Of a stretch of DNA of 64,000 nucleotides, positions 12,026-21,387 are shown in pieces. Where the stretch lies: positions 608,001 to 672,000 of the forward strand of contig CAWCRS010000007.1 of assembly GCA_963798085.1 (NCBI GenBank). Reading direction: 5' to 3'. Position numbers and translations under genes: made by a program. Numbering within the stretch: the first letter of the stretch is position 1; every line of letters starts with the position of its first letter. Origin of the DNA: an uncultured Gemmatimonadales bacterium (GTDB lineage: Bacteria; Gemmatimonadota; Gemmatimonadetes; Longimicrobiales; RSA9). The notes beneath the pieces were generated by a model that did not search any database, was not told where the DNA came from, and worked only from the letters and a program-made list of their open reading frames with translations.

Positions 12026-13427
12026 CTATTTGCCCGCCAGCGGATCCCCCACGTGACAGGCCTTGCAGATGATCGGGTTCTTCTGCTGCGCGCGTCTGGC
12101 GTCGAAATCCTTGCCGTGCGGACTCACCTGGAACGCGCCCAGTGTGGAGTGGCACTGCAGGCAGTCGCGCTGCTGGTGGCAGGACACGCACCCATCCAGG
12201 CCTCGCCGCGCGGCCGCCGCCGTGGCGCAGCAGCCAGAGCGGCTCCGCATCGTGGAAGACGGGGCTCAGCAGACGGCCCTGCGCCGTCTGGCCCGCCTGC
12301 TGGTGACAGCTGCGGCAGAACACCTTCGGATCGTGGCAGTTCGAGCACTCCATGCGGCCGTTGTAGGCGGACGCGGAATGCGAAACCATGAAATCCGGTG
12401 GATGGAAGCTGGCGCGCGCGGGCGCACTGTGGCACTGCTCGCAGAAGCTGGTGGTGTGACAGGTCGCGCACTCGTTGCGATCCGTAGCCGCCAGTCCTCC
12501 GTGATTGCTCGGGAACGAGGGCGAGGCATGCGACAGCGGCTTGCTGCGCTGCACGGATACGCCCTGCGCCGCCGTACTGGAACGCGACGGCAGCCCTGCC
12601 GCCACAGGCGGCAGTCGCTCGCTATGGCAGGTGGCGCAGCTCTCGCGCGTATGGCACGTCGCGCAGGCCGCGACGGATGCATCCCGGCCGTGTGTCACCG
12701 GAAAGTCTGACCGGTCGTGCGACGCGGGCTTCACATAGTGCGCCGCGATCGTTGCGTAAGGCAGTGTTTGGGGCGCTTCCGGGATGCGCGTGATCGCGTC
12801 CACGCGGGTCGCGTTCACGTGGCACGACGCGCACTGCTGGCGTACGTGACAGAACTGGCAGCTGGCTCCGCTCTGCTGTGCGGCGCGTCCGTGATCACTG
12901 AGGAACGTCGGGCTCGCGTGGCTGGTCGGTCTGGGAAGCGCTGCCAGTCTGTCCGCTGGCAGGTTGCTGCTGGCCAGGGCCGCGTGGCACGTCGAGCACG
13001 GCGCATCCACGTAGTGATCGGTTGCCGGATGCCCGTGGCAGCTCAGACAGGTGGTTGGCCGCGCTGGCGACACATGACCGGCCTGGTCGTGGCAGGAGGC
13101 ACACTGCAGCTGCGGGCTCTCGCTCGATGTCGCCTGCGCGTGGGTGGCGTGGCTGAAGCGCAGGAGCGTGACGCGCGGCGATCGCGGCGACCAGGTGACC
13201 CGGCGCACCTGCGTGCCATCGTGACAGCGTGCGCACAGCTCCGTGGCGGGAAAATGGTCCGCCACGTTGCCGCTCTCCATGACGTGGCAGCCGGTGCAGA
13301 ACGGGAACAGCCGGGCGTGCAGATCGTGCGGGAACGCGCTTTGTTGCCTCGCCGCGCGCGCCAGTACGCCGCCCGCGGCCAGCACGGCCAGCGCCACGCC
13401 GAGCAGCAGAACGCGCAGGGTCTTCAT
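12026..13427 (-). CDS. Periplasmic 16-heme c-type cytochrome (frameshift near 12220)
   Basis: Signal peptide; 13 CXXCH in ORF starting 13427 plus 3 CXXCH in ORF 12026..12250; many extra His as distal ligands. Confidence 0.9.
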
Positions 13428-14893
13428 CGGCCACCCAGGCGCGCACCCGGATCGCTGCCGAAGCCAATGCGCAGTGACGCAAAACCGCGCAGCTGGTTCC
13501 AGTCGGGCGTGCCCACGCGTCCCGTGAATGTCTGGTGGTAGATGTTGCCGCCCACATCGATGCCGGTGCGTGTGTTCAGGTCGTAACCCAGCGACGCGCC
13601 GCCACCCAGCACCGCACCCTCACCCACGCGGAATTCCTCGATCTGCTGGAACGCCGTGCCGTTCAGCGTGACCGTCAGGTGCTCGTTGGCCTGCCAGCGC
13701 GCGAAAGCGCGGCCCGAGCTGAGGAAGGCGCCGAAGCCCTTCTCGATGTCGTACTGTCCATCCAAGGTCCATGCCGCCCGCGGCGACCAGCGTGCACCCA
13801 CGCCGCCGCGCTGTGCATGGTCGGGCAGCTCGCTGATCACGATGGGTGCGTTGGTCGGCTGGTACTTGCGATAGCCGCCATTGGCGCGCAACGACAGCGT
13901 GCGCGACGGGCTCCAGCTTGCACGCAGCTCGCCCTCGTGGTAGGCGGCGGGATCGAAGAAGCCCCAGATCGTCCACAGCTCGAAGTACGGCACATAGCGG
14001 CGACCGGTGGCTTCGAGCCAGAACGAGCCGTTGCGGCCCAGCGGCGCACGCACCGTGACGTCCGATGTGCCCACGCGGTTGAAGGCGACGTCGTAGTCGC
14101 TCGACGCCGTGAGGCTCATGCGGCGGGGCAGCGGTGCGCGCAGGTCCAGCGAGGCGCGCTCCGAGAGCAGGCCGGACCGGTCCGACCAGATCTCGCGCTG
14201 ATAACGCGCTGTCAGGTTGATGCCGGGCAGCGGTTCGATCCAGGCGGCACCGCCCAGCAGCCATGCGCTGCGGTCCAGCACGAAGTCCTCGACATTCTGC
14301 AGCGCTGCGTTGCGCGGCTCGTCCAGGCCGCGCGCCAGGCTGCGGCCGCCATACGCCTCGATCTGCACGTGCCTGAGCGGCTCGCCCATCACGCTGGCGC
14401 CATCGAATCCCGCGAACCCCAGTCCGCTGGTGGAGCGCTGCCGGCCCACGCGCACCCGCCATGTGCTGCGGTCCAGCTCGAGGTAGGCGAGCATGGCGTC
14501 GAACGCATGGTCCGCGCGCGGCCACGTGAAATCGCTGCCCGCATCCGTTCGCGCGCGCACCAGCACCGTCGCGCTCAGCCCGGTGAGGCCCAGGCCCCAC
14601 GCCGTGAAGCTCACGTCTTCCGCCGCCAGTACCGCGTGCTCGACCCGGCCGGCCTCGTAGCGGATGCAGATGGGCTGGCCGGCGACGCACACGATGGGCA
14701 CACCCTGGTACGTGTATTCGCCGTTAGGGCCGGGCGTGGCGGCGCTGAGTGGAATCGTGTCGCGCACCAGCGGCCGGATCTGCACGTACTGCCCTGTGCT
14801 CGTGGCGGTGCCGCGCAGGCTCTGCGCTGCCGCCGGCGAGGTCATGGCGATGAGCCCCGTGAGACTGAGCCACAGCATGTGGCGCGCACTCAC
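13424..14893 (-). CDS. Putative outer-membrane beta-barrel (porin) between cytochrome genes
   Basis: Signal peptide, amphipathic Trp/Tyr-rich strands (AYLELDR, WRVRVGRQ, FASLRIGF); 4-nt overlaps with both neighbours. Confidence 0.75.
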   Translation of the reverse strand: MSARHMLWLSLTGLIAMTSPAAAQSLRGTATSTGQYVQIRPLVRDTIPLSAATPGPNGEYTYQGVPIVCVAGQPICIRYEAGRVEHAVLAAEDVSFTAWGLGLTGLSATVLVRARTDAGSDFTWPRADHAFDAMLAYLELDRSTWRVRVGRQRSTSGLGFAGFDGASVMGEPLRHVQIEAYGGRSLARGLDEPRNAALQNVEDFVLDRSAWLLGGAAWIEPLPGINLTARYQREIWSDRSGLLSERASLDLRAPLPRRMSLTASSDYDVAFNRVGTSDVTVRAPLGRNGSFWLEATGRRYVPYFELWTIWGFFDPAAYHEGELRASWSPSRTLSLRANGGYRKYQPTNAPIVISELPDHAQRGGVGARWSPRAAWTLDGQYDIEKGFGAFLSSGRAFARWQANEHLTVTLNGTAFQQIEEFRVGEGAVLGGGASLGYDLNTRTGIDVGGNIYHQTFTGRVGTPDWNQLRGFASLRIGFGSDPGARLGGR

Positions 14894-15567
14894 TGGTCAC
14901 CTCGCGCGTCATGGAAGGGGGGCAGAATGTGACAGTTCACACAGCGCTCGCCCGGACAATGCGTGGTGCGGTCGCGATGACACGAGACACAGACTTGTCG
15001 CGTGCGCGGGTCGCCCGCAATGAAATCGGGCTTGTGGCAGCTGCTCCCCGCGCAGCTCAGGTGCACCGCGAGCGGGTGCACGTTCGCCGGCGGCTGCGCG
15101 TGGCAGGCCGTACAGTCGCGCACGCTCTGGTGGTGATCCGCATGACAGGACGCACACAGGTTCGCCGCCACACTGCGCGTCTGCGCATCCGCGTGGCAGC
15201 GCGTGCACTCGACTGTCGCGTGCCGCTCGTGCACGAACGGCAGATTGCGCGGCAGCGGTGCGCGGTTCGCGATCGTCGCGGTCTGTGCGTACAGGTAGGT
15301 GTGTCCGGCATTGGCCGCCGGGGCATGGCAGTTGGCGCAGGTCTTCGACGTCGCCGTCTCGTGATGACAGCGCTGGCAGTCGGCAGGCCGCGAAATCGTG
15401 AGTTTGCCGTGCGCCTGCGTCGAGCTGTGGCACGTGCTGCACTCGAGCTTGCGATGCGGCTGATGCGAGAACGGCTGCTGGCGCGCCATTTCCTGCGCCC
15501 CGGCGCGCGCCGGCGTGATGCCACCCGCGAGCAGCAGACCGGAAGTCGCAAGGCAATAATTGAGCAT
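14890..15567 (-). CDS. Cytochrome c3-like multiheme protein, 8 CXXCH + 1 CX4CH (alternative GTG start 15621)
   Basis: FSHQPH..LECSTCH, CQRCHH, FVHERH..VECTRCH, CAGSSCH; signal peptide ending AGA. Confidence 0.9.
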   Translation of the reverse strand: MLNYCLATSGLLLAGGITPARAGAQEMARQQPFSHQPHRKLECSTCHSSTQAHGKLTISRPADCQRCHHETATSKTCANCHAPAANAGHTYLYAQTATIANRAPLPRNLPFVHERHATVECTRCHADAQTRSVAANLCASCHADHHQSVRDCTACHAQPPANVHPLAVHLSCAGSSCHKPDFIAGDPRTRQVCVSCHRDRTTHCPGERCVNCHILPPFHDARGDQ

Positions 15568-15720
15568 CCGCCGCACGCGCGAGCGCGGCCCTGCTGTCAG
15601 ACGCCGGAGCTGGGAAAGCACTCGTCGTGTTCCCGGTTCAGTGCGGTGGTAAATGGATCGACCCCGGAAGGCGGCTGTTCCGCCGGCCCTCCGAGGTCGA
15701 TCTGCGACTGCGTTCCTCCC

Positions 15721-17160
15721 TTACTTGATGCGCGTCTTCTGCAGAATGTTATCCAGCACGATGCCCGGAGGCGCCGTGATTCCGTAGTCCTTCGTGATCT
15801 GCTTGATGCTGCCCGTGACCAGTGCCTCGGTCAGGAACGGATTATGGATGACCGAGCCATCGAAGTCGCGCGCCAGGCTCAGGTCGAACGACGCACCCTC
15901 GCCGGTCGTCAGTTTGCCATCGCTCGTATTGAACTCCGTCGACGGAATCTTCTTGATCATCGCATCCAGCGTGTTGGTCAGCACGTCGATGCGACTTTGC
16001 GCGGCAATGAAGGCGGAGCGAGCCGATACCTCGGTGTGACAGCCGGTGGCGGCGCAGCTCTTGAACGTACGTGCGCTGATATCGCAATTACCAGCCGTCG
16101 GCAGACCCTTCGAGTCGAGGCAGGGAATGGGCTCGAACAAGTGCCCTGTCGCCTGGAACACGAAGCTGCCCGTATTCGGATCCGTCACCTGGAAACGATT
16201 CACATGGCACGTCGCGCACAGACGGGGATTCGAATCACTCCCGTGCGTCGCGACCAGCTCACCCGGGTTCACCCCGAAATCGGGCGGGAACCAGCCGGCG
16301 TTGCCCAGCAGCAGCGCACCCTGGGGCGCGTGCGGTCCGCGCGTAGAGGTCAGCTCCGGCGTGACGCGCCGGTCATGGCACTTCATGCACAGGTTCTGCT
16401 CTTCGCTCGGCACATCGATGGGGAAGCGCAACTGCGCGCTGTTGGCCTTCTCGTGCGGGTCGTGGCAGACGGCGCACACGATCGCCAGGTGCGCGCTCGC
16501 ATTGTTCGCCAGGCTGTCCTTCTCCAGGTAGTTCGAGTTGATGCCCCACGCCCGCAGAATGCCTTCGCCTACGTGGCAGCCCTGGCATGCGGTGTTGCCT
16601 GCCGGCGAGGGTTCGATGTTGGCGTGCAGCGACTGCCGCCACTCGGTCACGAACGGCTCGTGCGTGCCGCTGTGGCACTCGCCGCAGCCCGTCGTCAGAC
16701 CGGTGTCCACCTTCATCGGCGCCAGCGGCACGTTCGTCGCCTGCGGGTTCTGCACGTGCGTCAGACCCGGGCCATGGCAGTTCTCGCATTGCACGTCGTG
16801 GTAACGTGCATCCTTGGTCACTGTGTAGCCGCCGTCCGCGACCGTCTTGTTGCCCAGCGCGCTCACGGAGTGGCAGTTCTCGCACGCGGCAGACGCGTGG
16901 CCGCTCGCCTGCAGATCCGCCCAGGCGCCGGCGTGCTTGGTCTGCGCCCAGGACGTCTGGTTGTTGACGTGACAGTTGCCACAAACAGTGAGTTTGGTGG
17001 CTTCGTCCGTGTATCCCAGAAAGTTGGCGGCGCCCGGCGGTGGCTCGGTGAACAACTCGCGATCGCGGAATACGACCTTCTCGTCCACGCAACTGGCGCT
17101 CGCAAGACCGAGCAGAAGAATCAGGCTCAGTCGCTTGCCGTGTCCGGTTACGAGCGGCAT
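15721..17160 (-). CDS. Multiheme c-type cytochrome lipoprotein, 8 CXXCH + 1 CX4CH
   Basis: SD AAGGGGG; lipobox-like LASASC; CGNCH, CENCH x2, CGECH, CQGCH, CAVCH, CMKCH, CATCH, CAATGCH; helical C-term with DGSVIHNP. Confidence 0.9.
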   Translation of the reverse strand: MPLVTGHGKRLSLILLLGLASASCVDEKVVFRDRELFTEPPPGAANFLGYTDEATKLTVCGNCHVNNQTSWAQTKHAGAWADLQASGHASAACENCHSVSALGNKTVADGGYTVTKDARYHDVQCENCHGPGLTHVQNPQATNVPLAPMKVDTGLTTGCGECHSGTHEPFVTEWRQSLHANIEPSPAGNTACQGCHVGEGILRAWGINSNYLEKDSLANNASAHLAIVCAVCHDPHEKANSAQLRFPIDVPSEEQNLCMKCHDRRVTPELTSTRGPHAPQGALLLGNAGWFPPDFGVNPGELVATHGSDSNPRLCATCHVNRFQVTDPNTGSFVFQATGHLFEPIPCLDSKGLPTAGNCDISARTFKSCAATGCHTEVSARSAFIAAQSRIDVLTNTLDAMIKKIPSTEFNTSDGKLTTGEGASFDLSLARDFDGSVIHNPFLTEALVTGSIKQITKDYGITAPPGIVLDNILQKTRIK

Positions 17161-17603
17161 CCGTTCCCCCCTTATTACTGCCCAGCGTGTTGGGGCAGCC
17201 GATTCGCCGGCTGCCAGTCTCTGCTGCACGATCGTCATCGGTTTCTGCCGATGGACCTCGCGGTGGACCGGGCTCAAAGGGAGCGCGCACAGCCGCCCGC
17301 ACAGCCCGATGCTTCCCCGCGAACTCGCTTGTTATTCTAGGTAGTCTCCCGGAACCATTTCGCCAGCAAATGCCGGAATGGTTGTGGTGATTTTCCTGAC
17401 GCCGGTGTAGGGCGTATCAGCAAGTCTGCTTGCGTGTTAGCCTCGACGGCAGGGCGCCGCGGAAGGCCCTGATCGCCCGCCCGCGTACCCGTAACGATCG
17501 CCCGGCAATGCCCCAAACCCTTGCGGTATGTGCCGATAGCCCGCAAGCTACAAGGGTGGTTCGTGGGAGCGGCTCCCCTGCTCCCGCTTGGGACGACGAG
17601 TGA

Positions 17604-19652
17604 ATGAGTGATTCTAGCGGGCCCGCAGCCCCTGCGAGTGCTGCGATGCGGCACGGTCTGGTGGGATCGGAACCTCGCGCAGACTACCTGGCCATCGCGT
17701 TCGAACACACGACGCGGCTGATTACCGTTCTGTCTCCGGAAGGCATCTTCCTGGAAGCCAATCGCGCGGTCTGCGAGTTCGTTCAGCTGCCCGCGGAGGA
17801 GCTGATCGGCCGGAGCGTCTGGGACATGGCCTCCAGCTCCGGCATCGAGCAATTCCGGGTCGCATGGAACCGGGCGTTGCTCGGCGAGACCGTCCAGTAC
17901 CGTTCGTCTGACAGGCGTACCGGCCGCACCGTCTGGTTCGACATCACCCTTACTCCCGTCCTCGACGCCCGCGGCGATATCGGCCTGGTTGTAAGCGAAG
18001 CGCGCGATGTCACGGAGATCGAGCTGGCCGAGCGCGAGGTGCGTCTGTCGCGCGAAAAATACGCCGGCATCGTGGACATCTCCGCTGATGCCATCATTTC
18101 ACTGGACGAAGCCCTCCGCATTACGGATTTCAACAAAGGCGCTGAGCGCATTTTCGGCTATGCGGCGGGCGAGATCGTCGGCGAGCCGCTCGACCTGCTG
18201 ATCCCGGAGCGCTTCCGCACGGCTCATCGCTCGCACATCCGCGCGTTCGGAACCTCGTCTGTGGACGCCCGGCGCATGGGCGAGCGCCAGGGAATCTGGG
18301 GCATCCGCAAGGGCGGTGACGAGTTCCCGGCGGATGCGAGTATCTCCAAGCAGGTGATTGACGGGCAGCGCGTCTACACGGTGGTGCTGCGCGACAACTC
18401 ACTGCCCAAACAGCTCGAATCCGTGCAACGCTTCCTGGCTCGCGCGGGAAGCCTGCTGGCATCGTCGCTCAATGTGGCGACGACGTTCGACAGCGTCGCC
18501 AGCCTGGCCGCCGACTTCATTGCCGACTGCTGCGTGATCTACGATGCGCGCGAGCCGGGTGCGCCGCGGCGCGTGGCCGTCGCGACACGAGTACCGGCGA
18601 AGGAGGCGGTGCTGAACGCGTATCGCGGCCGCCCGTTGCGGCTGGACAGTCAGCACCCGGTGATGCGCGTGCTGGAGACGGGCGAGCCGTTGCTGCTGCA
18701 GGAGGCGGAAGTCGCAGCGTCGTCAACCGGGGATGGCGACGCTGGCCTGCTGCGCGAACTGCCCGTACGCTCGGCCATGTTCGTGCCACTGGGCGCGCGC
18801 GGTCGCACCTGGGGCGCCATCGCGTTCTTCAACGTGGCGAGCGAGTCGCGCTTTGATACGGAAGATGTGGGACTGGCCCAGCAGCTGGCCTCGCGCGCAT
18901 CCCTCGCCATCGACAATGCGCAGCTCTACCAGTCCGCGAAGGACGCGATTTCCGCCCGTGACGACGTGCTGGCCGTCGTTTCCCACGACCTGGGCAATCC
19001 GCTCAGCGCCATTCGCATTGGCGTGTCGCTGCTGCTGCGCAACACTACGCACGGTCGTCAGGGCGAGGGCTGGGAGCACCTCTCGGGCATCAAGCAGTCC
19101 GTCGAGCAGATGGAGCGGCTCATCCGCGATCTGCTCGACATCAAGCGCATCGAGGCAGGACATCTCTCGCTCGACTGGAAACCGCTGCGGCCCGCCCTGC
19201 TGGTGAACAGTGTGATCGAAATGTTTGCGGCCATCGCCGCCCAGAAATCGATTGCGCTGAAGGCGCGCGTGGCCACCCGGCTGCCGGCCGTGCGCGCCGA
19301 CCGCGAACGCATCATCCAGGTCCTCTCCAACCTGATCGGCAATGCCCTGAAGTTCACGCCCAAGGGCGGCGTGATCGAGGTACACGCATCGTCAGTCGAC
19401 CGGCACGTCCTCTTTTCCGTGCGCGACAATGGCGCCGGCATCACGCCCGAAGACCTGGAGCACATCTTTGACCGCTTCTGGCGCGCCCGTCGGATGCAAC
19501 GCGAATCAGGGGCCGGACTGGGCCTGGGTCTCGCCATTGTGAAAGGCATTGTGCAGGCGCATGGCGGACGTGTCTGGGCGGAGAGTCAGCCGCAGCAGGG
19601 CACAGCGGTATACTTCACCATCCCCACGGTGCGCGAGGCCGCCCCCGCCTGA
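17604..19652 (+). CDS. Cytoplasmic PAS-PAS-GAF sensor histidine kinase
   Basis: Two PAS domains (second FixL-like LIPERFRTAHRSHIRAF), GAF, VSHDLGNPL, NLIGNALKFT, DNGAGI, GLGLGLAI. Confidence 0.92.
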   Translation: MSDSSGPAAPASAAMRHGLVGSEPRADYLAIAFEHTTRLITVLSPEGIFLEANRAVCEFVQLPAEELIGRSVWDMASSSGIEQFRVAWNRALLGETVQYRSSDRRTGRTVWFDITLTPVLDARGDIGLVVSEARDVTEIELAEREVRLSREKYAGIVDISADAIISLDEALRITDFNKGAERIFGYAAGEIVGEPLDLLIPERFRTAHRSHIRAFGTSSVDARRMGERQGIWGIRKGGDEFPADASISKQVIDGQRVYTVVLRDNSLPKQLESVQRFLARAGSLLASSLNVATTFDSVASLAADFIADCCVIYDAREPGAPRRVAVATRVPAKEAVLNAYRGRPLRLDSQHPVMRVLETGEPLLLQEAEVAASSTGDGDAGLLRELPVRSAMFVPLGARGRTWGAIAFFNVASESRFDTEDVGLAQQLASRASLAIDNAQLYQSAKDAISARDDVLAVVSHDLGNPLSAIRIGVSLLLRNTTHGRQGEGWEHLSGIKQSVEQMERLIRDLLDIKRIEAGHLSLDWKPLRPALLVNSVIEMFAAIAAQKSIALKARVATRLPAVRADRERIIQVLSNLIGNALKFTPKGGVIEVHASSVDRHVLFSVRDNGAGITPEDLEHIFDRFWRARRMQRESGAGLGLGLAIVKGIVQAHGGRVWAESQPQQGTAVYFTIPTVREAAPA

Positions 19653-19822
19653 GCTTCGCGCACGCCGCGCGTCGCAGCACGTTGCCCCGCAAATCCAGCA
19701 CGCGTCGTCAGGTCGTCGCTTCCCGCCAGTCGTCCATCGCCCGACAGAGGCTCACCGCTCCGACCACCAGATTCCATGTATAGTGCGCGTGGAAGCGCAC
19801 GACGCGGTGAAGGGAGAGGACG

Positions 19823-20794
19823 CTGTTCCGATCGATTCTCGTGCCGCTCGACGGGTCCGCGTACGCGGAACAGGCGCTGGGCAGGGCCATGTGGGTGGCG
19901 AAGCGGGGCGCAGCCGCAGTGCGCCTGCTGCACGTGCGCCCGCCGCTCGTGGTACCCTACCACGTTGGCGCTGACATCGACGCGCTGCTGGCGGCGGAGA
20001 CATCCGTACGGCTGCACATGGGGGAGTACCTGGCGCTGCAGGCGAGGCGGCTCGGTCAGAGCGGTGACATCGCGGTTTCCAGCGAACTCGTCGAAGGTGC
20101 CGTCGTGCGCCGGATTCTGGAAACCGCGCGCGCGACAGGCAGTGATCTGATTGCCATGACCACGCACGGCAGCGGTGGTCTTTCGGATGCATGGCTGGGC
20201 AACGTGGCGGACGGCGTAATGCGCAATGCGCGCGTGCCGGTGCTGCTGGTGCGCGCGCGCCCTCGGCCGCCGGAACGCGCCGAGCCGTTCATCGGGCGCG
20301 TGCTCGTGCCACTGGATGGCTCGGCGCAATCCGAGACCGTGCTGGCTCCCACAACAGCCCTGGCCCGCATGGCTGCGCTCGCCGTCACCGTTCTCGCCGT
20401 GGTGACGTTGCCTGTCAGCGTGGGGGAGCCACCGATCATGCTGGGCGGCGCGCCGGATCCGGCGGAAGAGTACCGCCGCGCCAACGACTACGTACAGCGT
20501 GCCGAGGCGCAGCTGCGCGCCAGTGGCGTGGACGCCGTGGGCATCGTGCGCGTAGGACTGCACCCCGCCTCCGTGATCCTGGAGACGGCGAGCGAGCTGG
20601 ACGCGCACATCGTGGTCATGGCGACGCACGGGCGGAGTCGCCTGCACCGGCTGTCGATGGGAAGTGTATCGGACAAGGTGCTGCGCAGCACGCACGTGCC
20701 GGTGCTGCTGGTGCGACCGCCCGCGGACAGGCGAACCGTGCGTCCGTCCGACAGGGGCTACAGCAATGCGGGGCGGCAGGCCCGGCACGAATGA
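19823..20794 (+). CDS. Tandem-domain universal stress protein (apparent CTG start)
   Basis: FRSILVPLDGS, MTTHGSGG...LGNVADGV, second VLVPLDGS...ATHGRS..MGSVSDKVLR. Confidence 0.92.
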   Translation: MFRSILVPLDGSAYAEQALGRAMWVAKRGAAAVRLLHVRPPLVVPYHVGADIDALLAAETSVRLHMGEYLALQARRLGQSGDIAVSSELVEGAVVRRILETARATGSDLIAMTTHGSGGLSDAWLGNVADGVMRNARVPVLLVRARPRPPERAEPFIGRVLVPLDGSAQSETVLAPTTALARMAALAVTVLAVVTLPVSVGEPPIMLGGAPDPAEEYRRANDYVQRAEAQLRASGVDAVGIVRVGLHPASVILETASELDAHIVVMATHGRSRLHRLSMGSVSDKVLRSTHVPVLLVRPPADRRTVRPSDRGYSNAGRQARHE

Positions 20795-20814
20795 GACACG
20801 TCGTGGAGGGAGAC

Positions 20815-21369
20815 ATGACAACGTTGCGGGAAATCATGACGCGCGATCCTGTGACCGTGGGGCCGGAAGCGACCCTGCGCGAGCTGGTCGAGCTGCTCAC
20901 CAATCGATCGATCAGCGGCGTCCCTGTCGTGACCGGTTCCGGCGAAGTGGTGGGCGTCATCTCGGCGACCAATGTGCTCTCCTTCACCGCAAGTACGCCC
21001 GCGATACCCTCAGACCGCTCCGAATCGCTGGCCGAATGGGGCGAGGAACCGGACACGTCCGACGAAGACGACGAATCGACGCCCGAGTTCTACGCCGAGC
21101 TGTGGGCCGACTCGGAGGCAGACGTGCTCACGCGCGTCGATGGCGCCACCTCGCCGGAATGGGATCTGCTCGAGGAGCACACCGTGAGTGAAGTGATGAG
21201 CCGTCGCCTGCAGTCGGTTCCCATCGACGCGGACCTGCCGACCGTGGCCCGGCGCATGATCCGCGCTGGCGTGCACCGGTTGCTCGTACTGGAAGACAAA
21301 CACCTGGTTGGGCTGGTGACCACCACCGATTTCGTGCGCGCCGTGGCGGAGCGGCGCATCCCCGCCTGA
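20815..21369 (+). CDS. CBS-domain pair protein with acidic insertion
   Basis: EIMTRDPVTV, ISGVPVV, VVGVIS, VSEVMS, VHRLLV, LVGLVTTTD; SD GGAGG. Confidence 0.9.
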   Translation: MTTLREIMTRDPVTVGPEATLRELVELLTNRSISGVPVVTGSGEVVGVISATNVLSFTASTPAIPSDRSESLAEWGEEPDTSDEDDESTPEFYAELWADSEADVLTRVDGATSPEWDLLEEHTVSEVMSRRLQSVPIDADLPTVARRMIRAGVHRLLVLEDKHLVGLVTTTDFVRAVAERRIPA

Positions 21370-21387
21370 GAATGCGCCGCCCGCGTC

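Noticed and set aside
15721..17160. Calling the lipoprotein cytochrome NrfA or HAO
   Set aside because: No CXXCK active-site motif and no partner genes; only the C-terminal HNP helix is similar
14911..17340. Long antisense ORFs (809 aa here; also 49554..51782, 34222..36036, 54215..56107)
   Set aside because: Shadow ORFs of high-GC coding strands with no recognisable motifs
17513..17539. Sigma-28 promoter before the PAS kinase (GCCGATAG)
   Set aside because: -35 element and spacing fit poorly; plausible chance match
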